A stretch of 63,741 nt of DNA, the filler included, from Chrysochromulina tobinii (lineage: Eukaryota), in NCBI GenBank assembly GCA_001275005.1. It is 7 parts of 7 records of this genome, joined end to end, with 100 filler letters (N's around TTAATTAATTAA, not from the genome) between each part and the next. Parts side by side here need not be neighbours in the genome. Positions count along the whole stretch, not along the records: positions 1 to 13,939 come from JWZX01001419.1; 6 more parts are not named here. One strand, given 5' to 3'. The notes beneath the pieces are model-generated. The model worked only from the letters and a program-made list of their open reading frames with translations, did no database searches and was not told the origin of the DNA. Positions within the stretch are counted from its first letter, which is position 1. Each line of letters opens with the position of its first letter. This document shows, one piece after another, positions 1 to 10,500 of the stretch. The position numbers and the translations under genes are program-made.

Positions 1-591
1 CCGGTGAAGCGCGCCTCGCTGGCAGACATCGTGCAGCAGAGCGGCGCCGAGAGTGATTCCGGCAGGTCGAAAACGCCCTCAGATGGGGTTCGCGCCTTGG
101 ATATGCAGAAGTCGTGGCGCGACAAGTTCAGGGGCCGCTCCAAGAAGAGCGAGCCCGGCACCTCGACCTGGAGCGACAAGTCGTACCGCGCGGGCAACAC
201 GTCGACCTGGAGCGACAAGTCGTACCGCGCGGGCAACGTAGAGACCTTCCAGTCCACGGTCCTCAACTCCACTGTCGTGCCAGGCGTGAGTACGCATGAT
301 GAAAGGTCCACTGAGACCTACACGCCTGACAAGAATGCGCCGGAAACGATGCCCAACACGGCCGGCAGCGGTGCGGGCAGCTCGAGTGGCGCTGGTAGCT
401 CTAGTGGTGCTGGTGTGCTCGGCGCCACCATCACGCCCGATTCGTTGTCCCGAACTTTAGGGAACACTTTTGGGAACACCTTTGGGAACGTCTTCGGAGC
501 CACGCTCCTCACCACCTTCACGCCCGGCTCGGCCGCCTCCACGGCCGACAAGACCAAAGGAGGCGATGTCGATGATGAGACCATGGTTTAG
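1..591 (+). CDS. 3' end of a hypothetical protein (low-complexity tail), start outside the window
   Basis: Frame is open from base 1 to TAG at 589-591, with GC-rich third positions and internal duplications (TSTWSDKSYRAGN x2, GSSSGA, GNTF). No recognisable domain. Confidence 0.5.
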   Translation, partial: PVKRASLADIVQQSGAESDSGRSKTPSDGVRALDMQKSWRDKFRGRSKKSEPGTSTWSDKSYRAGNTSTWSDKSYRAGNVETFQSTVLNSTVVPGVSTHDERSTETYTPDKNAPETMPNTAGSGAGSSSGAGSSSGAGVLGATITPDSLSRTLGNTFGNTFGNVFGATLLTTFTPGSAASTADKTKGGDVDDETMV

Positions 592-948
592 TTCCACGTA
601 ACCGAACGTCGGTGAAGTTCTGAGCTGGCACTTGAGTTCTGAGCTGGCATGTGCCAGCTCTGAGCATGTAACGAATCAGGGACCGCGCATATCATCGCAT
701 CGCATCTCCGAGGGGTTATGGCGTGTGCTACGCACGCTGACGGAGGCGATGTGGCACCGGCCGCATGCAAGGGACTCCCGGGGATGGCAGCCTGACTGAT
801 GAAAGCTCAGCAAAGTGCTCGCCTGGAGGCGACACAGGCTTGTTCATTGCACAACTGTGAACGGTATACTAGGGTGGTCGGGCGCGTGCCGAGGGAGGGG
901 ACACCCGCATGAACTGCCCCCGGGATTGCGAGGCAAGTTTGGAAGCGT

Positions 949-1024
949 CCGGATCCATACCATATGTACAGGCCGGAATCATACGCCGGAATCATACTAT
1001 GAAAGGCCGGATCCATACCATATG
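949..1024. repeat. Cluster of short direct repeats upstream of GH45
   Basis: CCGGATCCATACCATATG at 949 and 1007; GCCGGAATCATAC at 972 and 985. Confidence 0.7.
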
Positions 1025-1269
1025 AGGGCAACACAGGCGTGCAGTCCAGTACTACGGCGCCGTAGAGAGCCCCAACGTGAGTGGGTGCAGTGCAGGGTGC
1101 AGTGCGAGACTGGTCGGGTACAGTCGCAGTCGCGTGGTGTCGCCAAGCCCAAGGGTCGTTGTGTCGGTTCAGGAGGTGTGCATGTGCGGGGGAGGTTGCG
1201 TCCTGGGTAGGCGTTCGAACTTCTCGACTTTTTTTCCTTTTTTGCAAAGGCTCCCCACACAGGAACGCC

Positions 1270-3752
1270 ATGCCCAACAAGAAGAAGCCGACTGCGCCGA
1301 GTCGGTGTGCGGCTATCCTCGAGGATGACTCCGAACTCGACGACGACAAGGCGAACCTGGTCGACGACAGCGCTCCGGCGTACGCCGCGTTGCAACTCGG
1401 CAATACTCATGCTCACCGAGCGCCGGCGGCTGGCGTCACGCAGCTGCGACACAATATTGAGCTCGTCTCGTACCTTGTCCAAAGGCTTCCGCTTGGACTG
1501 CGTCTTGCAATCTTTGGTGGCCTCGGCTCGTTCCTGCTTATTTTCTTCGTCATTTTTGCAGCTGGTCTGCACCAGTTCCAGGCACAAGCACAGTCACCAC
1601 AGCCTCATCGGAGTTCATCTCACACGACTGTCCCCGATGTGTCCGCCGTCGCTCAGCAACGCCCGGCGAATGCGGCAAGCCACCCTCAACAGTATGCTCA
1701 TTCGCACGGACAAGCTCCCTCCGACGCCGCGCTCGTCTTGAACTCAGTCGAGTTCATCGAAATCGATGAGCCCTTCACGCCGCCGCCTCCACCTCCGCCG
1801 CCTCCGCCTCCGCCGCCGCTGCCCCCGCCCCCACAGCCAACCAACGACTTTCCCATAGTCGCCGGTGGCGTCGCCGGCTGGAGCGAGGGGCATACGACCC
1901 GGTACTGGGACTGCTGCAAGCCCACCTGCTCGTGGGCGAATAACGTACCGCTCGGAGCGACGCCATCGCGCTTCTGTGCGCGCGACGGTACCGAAGCCGT
2001 CAGCTCGGCCACTGATCGCCTCCGATGACCTCCGATGGCCTCTGATGGCCTCTGATGGCCTCTGAAGTGATGGCCTCCGATGGCCTCTGATGGCCTCTGA
2101 AGTGATGGCCTCTGATTGCAGGTGCCGAAGCCTTCAGCTCGGCCATGCCCTCCGCATGCCAACCCAATAAAAACGAGCTCGTCGGCGTGGCATGTGCTTA
2201 CACATGTGCGGCCGACGCGCCGTGGCGAGACGCGACCGATCCGTTGCTCTCGTACGGCTATGCTGCAGTGCCGGACAAGCGAGCATGTGGAGCCTGCTTC
2301 GAGTTCGAGTTCAGCGGCTCTGGCTACTACGACGCGACGCATGTGCAGCCCGGGCAGCCTGGGCAGCCGCCGCCCGATGAAACACGCGACGTCGGTTCGA
2401 TGCGCCTCCTAGGCAAGCGGATGATCGTCCAGGTGATGGCCTCTGATGACCTCTCTCATTAGGCAAGCTGATGATCGTCCAGGTGATGGCCTCTGATGAC
2501 CTCTCTCATTAGGCCAGCTGATGATCGTCCAGGTGATGGCCTCTGATGACCTCTCTCATGGACTCTCTCATGGACTCTCTAATGGCCTCTGATGGCTTCA
2601 GATGGTTGCTGGTGCCTATCTGATTGCGCCCCTCATCAGGCGTCCAATACGGGCTCGGACGTGCATGCAGGCCAATTCGACCTCTTGGTGCCTGCAGGCG
2701 AGTGGCAATTTCCCTTGATCTCCCTTGATGGCCTCTATGCATGCGGGCCTATTCGACCTCTTGGTGCCTGCAGGCGGCGTGGGCATCTACGACGCGTGCT
2801 CGGAGCAATGGAGCGTGCATGAGCGCCGCGTGCACCTCGGGGAGCAGTACGCTGAGTGCCTCGGACTGCCTCTGATGGCGTCGGTCTTGCCTCTGATTGC
2901 CTCTGATGGAGTTGGTCTGATTGGTCATCTGCCTCTAACTTCCTCTTACTGCCTCTGATTGCCTCTGATTGCATCTGATTGCATCTGATTGCATCTGATT
3001 GCCTTGATGGCCTCTGATTGCAGGTATGGCGGCATCTTGAGCACTTGCACTAATCAGCTTCGTCATCAGGACTCGCCGCCGCACCCCGCGTGCGCGCCCA
3101 GCAGCGCCGAGCATCGCTACGACAACGAGGCGTGCCATAACACGATCAAGGCGTGCGTCGCGAGCAAGTGTGTAGAACTCTTTGCTCCTTCACACCTCGC
3201 GCGGCTCCGTGAGGGCTGTGAATGGTTTGCGAACTGGTGCGACTCGATCCGAAGATGCGCCACTGATGACCTCTGATGACATCTGATGACCTCTGCTGAC
3301 AATGACATCTGAGGCCCTCTGATGACCATCTGATGACCTCTGATAACATTTGATGACCTCTGATGACCTCTGATGACATCTGATGACCTCTGATGACATC
3401 TGATGGTCTCTAGTGGGCCTCTGATGGCCTCATCTGATGACCTCCGAGTGCCTCTGATGCAGGGCTCTGATGGCCTCTGATGGCCTCTTTTGTACCTCTG
3501 ATGTACCTCTGATGTCCTCTGAAGCTCTGATGTCCTCTGATTGGCCCTGATTGACCCTGATTGACCCTGATTACGACCTAATTGGTCCATCCTTGCAGGT
3601 TCGAGGCGGCTAACGATCCAAAGATGCGCTGGCGGCGCGTACACTGCCCTGTGGGGATCTTCGCGGGCGGCATCCAAGGGGATGGCACGACACCGGCAGC
3701 GGCCCTGCTAGGCACCGCATCGACGATCATTGGTGCGAACACTGGGCGGTGA
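1270..3752 (+). CDS. GH45 endoglucanase, type II membrane-anchored; 6 exons: 1270-1987, 2122-2432, 2640-2697, 2774-2846, 3024-3236, 3599-3752
   Basis: GH45 signature TTRYWDCCKPTCSW; spliced frame continues ACGACFEFEF...GKRMIVQ|ASNTGSD...QFDLLVPA|GGVG...GEQ|YGG...GCEWFANW|FEAANDPKMRWRRVHCP. N-terminal TM helix and poly-Pro linker. Four GT-AG introns and one GC-AG intron (2698-2773) keep the frame. Confidence 0.9.
2012..3590 (+). repeat. Degenerate ~10-bp satellite (G/A)CCTCTGAT(G/T)G filling GH45 introns
   Basis: Arrays at about 2012-2118, 2433-2625, 2866-3020 and 3263-3575. Confidence 0.95.
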
Positions 3753-4513
3753 TCTGAGTCCGGAAAACCCCCGGATCTGAGACTTCGTGGAGAGTATTAG
3801 TAGAGTGCGCTTCATTTTATCTCTAATCATCGATTCCCGCATCCCGTAGTGTGTAGAAATGTGTGCGAAAATCATTAGAGTCCGCCGCTGCGCGTACGCT
3901 GCGCGCTGGCCCGCTGTTCCGCTCGCGTCGGCGCGCTCCTGCCGTGCGCTGCTCGAAGTCTATGCCGTCGAAGAACGAAGAGGGCAAGAGCCGTGGAAGT
4001 TGACTCTTGACAAGTTTTAGAGGACTGTCCACAAAAAGTGAGCTGAAGCTGTAGCGGAAACAATGACCACGAGACGAGATCCTGCTCCTGGATGGTATGA
4101 TGTATAACGGAAGCTTGACGTTTCAAGTGTTCCCTCTGGACCTAAACCAATCGTCTGGACATTTTTGTCCCACCATCACCGAACCCTGCCCGTACCGAAC
4201 CGTGTAAGTATGCTGTTCTATCCTACGGAGAACTGTAGACCGCTGTTGTCGCTGTATACACTGGTATACACACCCCGTTCTGGAGGCGGAACACACTCAG
4301 TCGTAAAATCAGGGTAAGCGGTACCAAGTCGTGGTCCCTGTGCTGCTGGAGCCGCGTCGCGCTTGCGCCTTGACGTACCGCCTACACCCAGAGAGATCTT
4401 CATGGACCCAGAGTGGCAAGACGGGCAGAAACAGGCTGACACCTGATTCACCCTCATCTCGTAAATCGCCGCGACGCCATGCTCTGCCTGACCCCCGGTA
4501 CACCCATGCCTCC

Positions 4514-7500
4514 CTATTCCTCTCCGAATGCCTCGCCTCGGCTGATTGGGCCGAGCTCGTCGGCAAACTTGGCGCACAGACCCTTCCACGCGCCGAGGCT
4601 GAGCCCAAACAGATGGCAGTGCGTCACTGCCTCCACGTACCTCTCAGACAGCACGGGCGCTTGCGGCCCATTGAAGGCGAGCATCTCGACGCCCACGGCA
4701 CCGTGACGGCCGACGATGAAGCCACGGCTGACGGGTTGCAGCTTCTCAAGTGCCGCATCGGATGATGAGATGGTGTCTACCTTGCCATCGCTCTGGTCGG
4801 CCGCGCCATCCGCCACAGCCACTATAAGGGCGTCGTGAGCGTCCTTGATGAGCATGACGGACCGCCGCCGCTGATTCGGAGTCGCAGGCGGTGACTTGGA
4901 CGGATCCGTCTCGCTGTACCGGGAGTGTTTGGGCGGCTCGCGCCCGCGGTGGACCCGGAGCTTGCCCACATCGACCAGGTAGAGCTGGACGGCGGGTGCG
5001 CCCTTGGTGATGACGGTGTCACTCTCGAGGAAGAGTTCGGGTTGGAGTACGAGGCAGATCTCAACGAGGGGGAAGAAGGTGAGGTTTCCGAGCGCGGGCA
5101 CATTGAGCAGGTGGTCACGATGCATCCATAGACCGAGGTCGCGGAGTAAAAAGGGCGGGAGCTCCTGGAGGAGATGCGCGTGCGAGATGCGTGGGTTGGA
5201 CGAGAGCACCCGGTAGTACGAGGCGATGCGCTTGGCCAGCATGTGCGGCAGCGGGTGATGCCTCATGTAGTGCTGCAGGTAGTCGGTCTGTGTCTGGAGC
5301 AGTTCCTCCTGGACGTCGCCCAGGCGCGCATACGATGAGATGAGACCGATGAGGTATGCGAACATCGAGGCCGCCACGAGCGCGAGCACTATGCAGAAGC
5401 CGGTCTCCCACGCGTTCTGCGGCCGCACGTCGCCAGACCCGATGCTCGCCATGTGGAAGAGAACAAAGTGGGCAGCGCGAAGGTACGACGTCCAAATGGT
5501 CACATGCGCCCAGTCCGCACGCTTCCAGGCGATGTCCTCGGTCATCCAATTGCGCCCGAGGGCGGAGAGGGGGAGCGTGTACGCATCGAAGAGGAACCAG
5601 CAGGCGAAAACGTGCGCGACGTAGATCCAGAAGCTCCAGGCACTCAAGAGGCGCGCCTGAGCCTTCGAGAGCCGAAGTTGAGGAGGCAGCCAGCCAAAGG
5701 CCACGCGGAAGTGCTCGAGGCAGCGCGAGCAGCGCAGCAAGCGCGGTAGGCGCAGCAGTGCGACGGCGAGCAGGATCGTCTTCGTATCACTCGTCGTCGC
5801 AAACCCGATCGGCGCCAAGGCTTCATATGGCAGTGTGGCGAGCACGTCCAGGCGCAGCTTAGCCTGGACATAGTGCGTGCGGATTGCCGCGTACGTGAGC
5901 TCGGACTTCATGAACCCATCGCGCCCGCGAGGGAGGAAGGGGAAGCAGTTGGCACGCAGCACCGAGTCGCACAGCAGGATCGCGTCGCAGGTCCATTGCG
6001 TCGCGAGCGCGGCCCACGCGCTGTCGACGCTCACCGGGCTACGCGGCCCGAAGGCGGCGATGATGAAGGGGATCGAGATCGCGAGATAGAAGGAGATCGC
6101 TGTCATCAACAGTTCCCACAGCTGCCGCGGCAGCGTCGAGGGTGGATAGACGTGATGGTAAGTCGCCGGATGCCGAACAGGGAGGACCGCATCGGTGGCG
6201 GGGGGGGGCACTTGCTCCTTGCTCGCCCGCCGCGACGACGGGCGCGAGGCGGGCGCCTCAACTGTTGGCGCCCACGACGGCGCCTCGACTGCTGGCGGCC
6301 GAGCAGAGGGCTCCGCTGCCGTCTGAGCGATGAGCTCCGCTGACGACTGTGGGATGAGCTCGACCCCAACGGTGCTTACCATTTTAGGCAACTCGACCCC
6401 AGCAGCGCTGACCGTCGGCGCTGAGCTCTCGACGTCCTCGGCACTGACACTCACGACTTGCGATAAGGGCGCCGAGCTGGGCGACCGCGGCCGACGCTCA
6501 AGACGACGCTTCCGGATGGCGAGACGGCCCGAGATTTGGACGGGCAAGATGAGGCGGGGCGCCGTGTCGCGGGCCTCGTCTAATTGCCCTCGTGATTGCC
6601 CTCCGAATTGCCCTGATTGCCCTGATGGCCCCGGCATGGCCTCGTCCGGAACGGCTTCCCGCACGATGCGTTCGTTGATAAATCGCTGGTTCGCACCCAT
6701 GGTGCGCACGAGCGACTCGAGCTTGGCAAGATACGCCGCGTCGTGATGCAGCCCGAAGAGCGCGCACGCCGCGTCGAGCTGCCGGCGCGTCAGTTGGATG
6801 ACGTGCGCCCGCGTCACCGCGCGCACCGAGGCATTGCGCGCGGTGCCTTGGAGAAAGAAGGAAACTTCCCCGAGCACCGCGCCGCTGCTTACGGTGGCGA
6901 CCACCTGCGACTTGGTGTGCTCGATCTGCTGCTTGGTGAAGCTCATCCTCTCGCCAAGGAGGTCTTCGGCTTTCTTGAGGCGCTGGACAGGCGTCGAGCG
7001 CACCTTGAGGCGGCCGCCGGTCGTGACGATCTCGAAGATGCCCTCGACGACGACGTACATGTCATACGTGCCTGTGTCGCCCTCGATCATCAGTAGCTCA
7101 CCCGGCGTGATGACGAGATCGCTCATCTCCTTGGTGATGTACCCGAGGACGGCCCGCGGCAAAAGGTCAGCAAGCTTCGTCTTGAGAAGCAACTCAAGGC
7201 GGATCGCCTTCGACGTCTCGAGCTGGAGCTGCGGCGGCAGCTTGCTCAACACGGCGTGATTCTTGCCGACGCCTCGGTAACCCGACCAGATGAGGTAGCG
7301 GACGACGCGATCCTGGAGCGCCGGCGGGACGGCATGGCTCGCCTGGACACGTTAAGGGCGCTTATGGCGTTGAGGTTAAATAGGGGGGGTAATTAGCAGT
7401 GCAAGTAGGAGGGCAAATAGGGCAGTTTAGGCAATCAGAGATGCCCGGGATGGCTCACCATGACCTTCTTCGTGTTGGCTAGCACGCACTCTTCCTCATG

Positions 7501-10500
7501 CTCCTCGTTGCCAATCAACGAGATCACGCTGACAACCGTGCCCTGGACTGCAGATACCACGGTCGCCATAACGACGATCATGAAGACCATGGTGTACGTC
7601 TCATGCATCGTGGTGGGCGCGACGTCACCGATGACGACGAACAGGAACGTGCCAAATGCAATGTAGAAACCGCGCAACCATGCAAGCACCGCAAGCGGCT
7701 GGCATGTGGCCGCGCCCTCGATGACGACGGGGTCGGTCGCCCACCTGTGGGGAGGGGATAGGGGGGCGCCGTGATGAGCACTTGCATGCTGGGCTGCACA
7801 CAGTGGGGTCAGTCGCCCACCACGAGTACGCAGACCACGTGTGTTCGCTCGTGTTGGACACGAAGGTCGCCTGGAAGTCTCGCAAGCCGATGATCGCCCA
7901 GGCGCAGCCTGCAAGGTGCGAGGTCACGAAGATGGCGAGCAGCATTCGGCCGAGGCGCACGTGCTGAATGTCGGTGGACGGCGAGCGCTCGAGCAGCCAC
8001 GCCTCTAGGCTGTACAGGTGACGTGGCAAAAGGACGAGCAGCGGCAGCCGTACGGCCCAGACGATGCTCGCCGTCTGCGCCGCCGCGTCCGACACCGCGT
8101 CGCCGCCGCTGCGCACGCCGGCCACCGCGATGGAGAGGATGTCGAGGATGAGCACAGCGGCGAGGAAGAGCGACGCAAAGGGCAGTACGTTGCGTGCCGT
8201 GAGACGCGCCGTCGTGGGCTCATCGATCGCCCCCTCGGTGCCGGCCGCGCGTGCGCGCACAGTGCGTAGCTGCACCACGAGCAAGTCGACGCCGATGGCC
8301 ACGTCGGCGAGGAAGTCGAAGACGCAGAGGCCGACCGAGTCGAAGTACTGCTGTGCGCTGGGCGCACTAGGGTCACAACTCTTCACGCCCCACGGGCTGT
8401 GAACTGTGGGAACGCCGTTGGGCTGGGGGAATAACGGCCAAGGCTGGTAGCCCCAGGCCTCGTTGGCCTCAAGGCGGTCGCGGTACAAGGCAGGCGTCAG
8501 TTGGAGCGCTTCCGACCATTCGATCGGCAGAGCAAAGTTCTCGTGCAGGCTCGCCCGTAACGTGTCGCCGCACAGCCGATAGAGGAGCAGTATGAACAGC
8601 AGAAGCGACCAGGCGTGCGACGAGCCGAGCCTCTTGGTAGCGGCGTCGAGGATCCGGTGGCACTGGTGCAGTCGCGCCGCCATGACCTTGTCTTGGCCGA
8701 GGATCTCGACAGCCGTGATGGACGCGGCGTCCTCAGTGACGCCTGCGAGGACGCCCGTGCCTAAGACGTCTTCTTCGCCCTGCGTAGAAGACGTCTTGTT
8801 CTTGGGCGAAGTGGTGAGCTTGTGCATGACCGCCTGGTCGCGCTGGGAGTTCGCATGGATCGCCTGCTGGGCATTCGCCTTGAGCGTCGGACCAAATTCA
8901 GCGAAGCGGCTCAGGAGCTCGTTGAAGGGCTTGCGGCGCAGTCGCAGGCACTCACACATCTGGACGGCGATGATGTCGTACCGATGTGTGACGCCCAACA
9001 AGAACTCGTCCGCGCCGATGCTGCCGCCCTCGTAGATCGTCTCTAGCAGGATTGTATTCGCGAGCGCATCCGCCATCACATCGGGCGTCGCTTTTCGCGG
9101 GTTGGACGGGTTGCTCATCGCCCTGCGAAGGAAGGTCATTCCCGTGGAGCGTGGATCTCGAACGTGTTTGATGCTCGGGGCACTGGAGCTGATGCTTGGT
9201 GAGCGTGTGGAGCTCGCCCGACCGGTCACCTCACTACTCTCACTACCCTCATCGCTGGACGCATCGGACATTCGGTCCATCTCATCCTCGGTGGGTTTTG
9301 CGCCCGTGCGCAAGGCGATCTTACCACGCCAAGGATTCGTGCCGAGTGCTGTGCCGAGAGCACCTGGCCGTGGGGGGAGGGGCGTAAGGGTGCCACCGGG
9401 CGAGTAGGGGCAGCGGTCGCCGAAGAGCTCGATCTCTTTCTCGATCTCGATCTCTTTGTCGAGCGAGGATCGAGCCGTCGGGGGCATTGGGGTGAAGGAG
9501 AGGGGGAGAGCGAACTGGTCCATCCTTGCTTCGACAGTAGAGCTGCGAGGTGATGTGTCGAGCTTCACCGATGCAAGAGAGAGATCTACCAGATAGCTAG
9601 TGGCTGGCCGTTCCGGCTGCCCTTCCGGTTCAGTGGCTGGGGGTCCGTGCGGCTCGGCCGAACTGGCACGCTGCTTCCTGTGCTGCGCCGACTGCGATGC
9701 GGCAGCGGCGTCCCCTGTGCCTGCGCTGTGGACGAGCTTGATCCGACGATGCGCCTCACCTCGCTTGAGAATGATGATGCCGGTCGTCACGTCGCCGGTC
9801 TGCGCGATGAATGAGTTTGGGACGACGAGCTCGACGTGCAGCAGCGCACACACCTCGAGCAGAAACGCCTCCGTACATTCGCGGAAGCACGAGACCGAGC
9901 GGACCTGATGAGGGAGGCCATCAAGGAGGTACTCAGTGGTATTCAGAGCAACCAGAGGTCATCCATGGCAATCAATGGTACTCAGAGGCAATCAGTCGTG
10001 CTCAGAGGCTCATCACGGCCATCACCACCGCCATCATCACAAGACCGCCATCATCACAAGACCGCCATCATCACGGCCATCATCACAAGACCGCCATCAC
10101 CACAGGCCCGAGCGAGCATACCATGCCAAGGTAACGATGCAATCATTCGCAATCATTCGCAGTCGAAAGCAATCAGTGAGCGCGGACCATGCCAAGGTAC
10201 AGATGCGCCGAGATGAGCACGTGCAGCGAAGGCGGGAGCGAATGAAGCAGCTTCGTCTCCGTGCGAACGCGCTCGCCGAGCTCGGCCAGCAAGATGATCT
10301 GCGAGCGCAGCGGTCCGGCGAGGCGATTACGGTGCACAAAGTCGTGTACGGCCGTTGCCTGCACGGTGCGTGCGGTCATCGCATCCATGAGGAGCGACAT
10401 GATCGCGGCGATGATCGCCGGGTAGAGCATACTGCCTGGAGCCTCTAGGATCAACATGGCCCAAGTCTCGGGGATCGTTCTGGGCACGATGTCGCCAAAG

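Noticed and set aside
3263..3440. Repeated CTGATGA as hammerhead ribozyme cores or C/D snoRNA boxes
   Set aside because: No partner GAAA core or flanking helices; explained by the satellite.
3117..3677. ORFs made of IRGHQRSS repeats
   Set aside because: Antisense translation of the intronic satellite.
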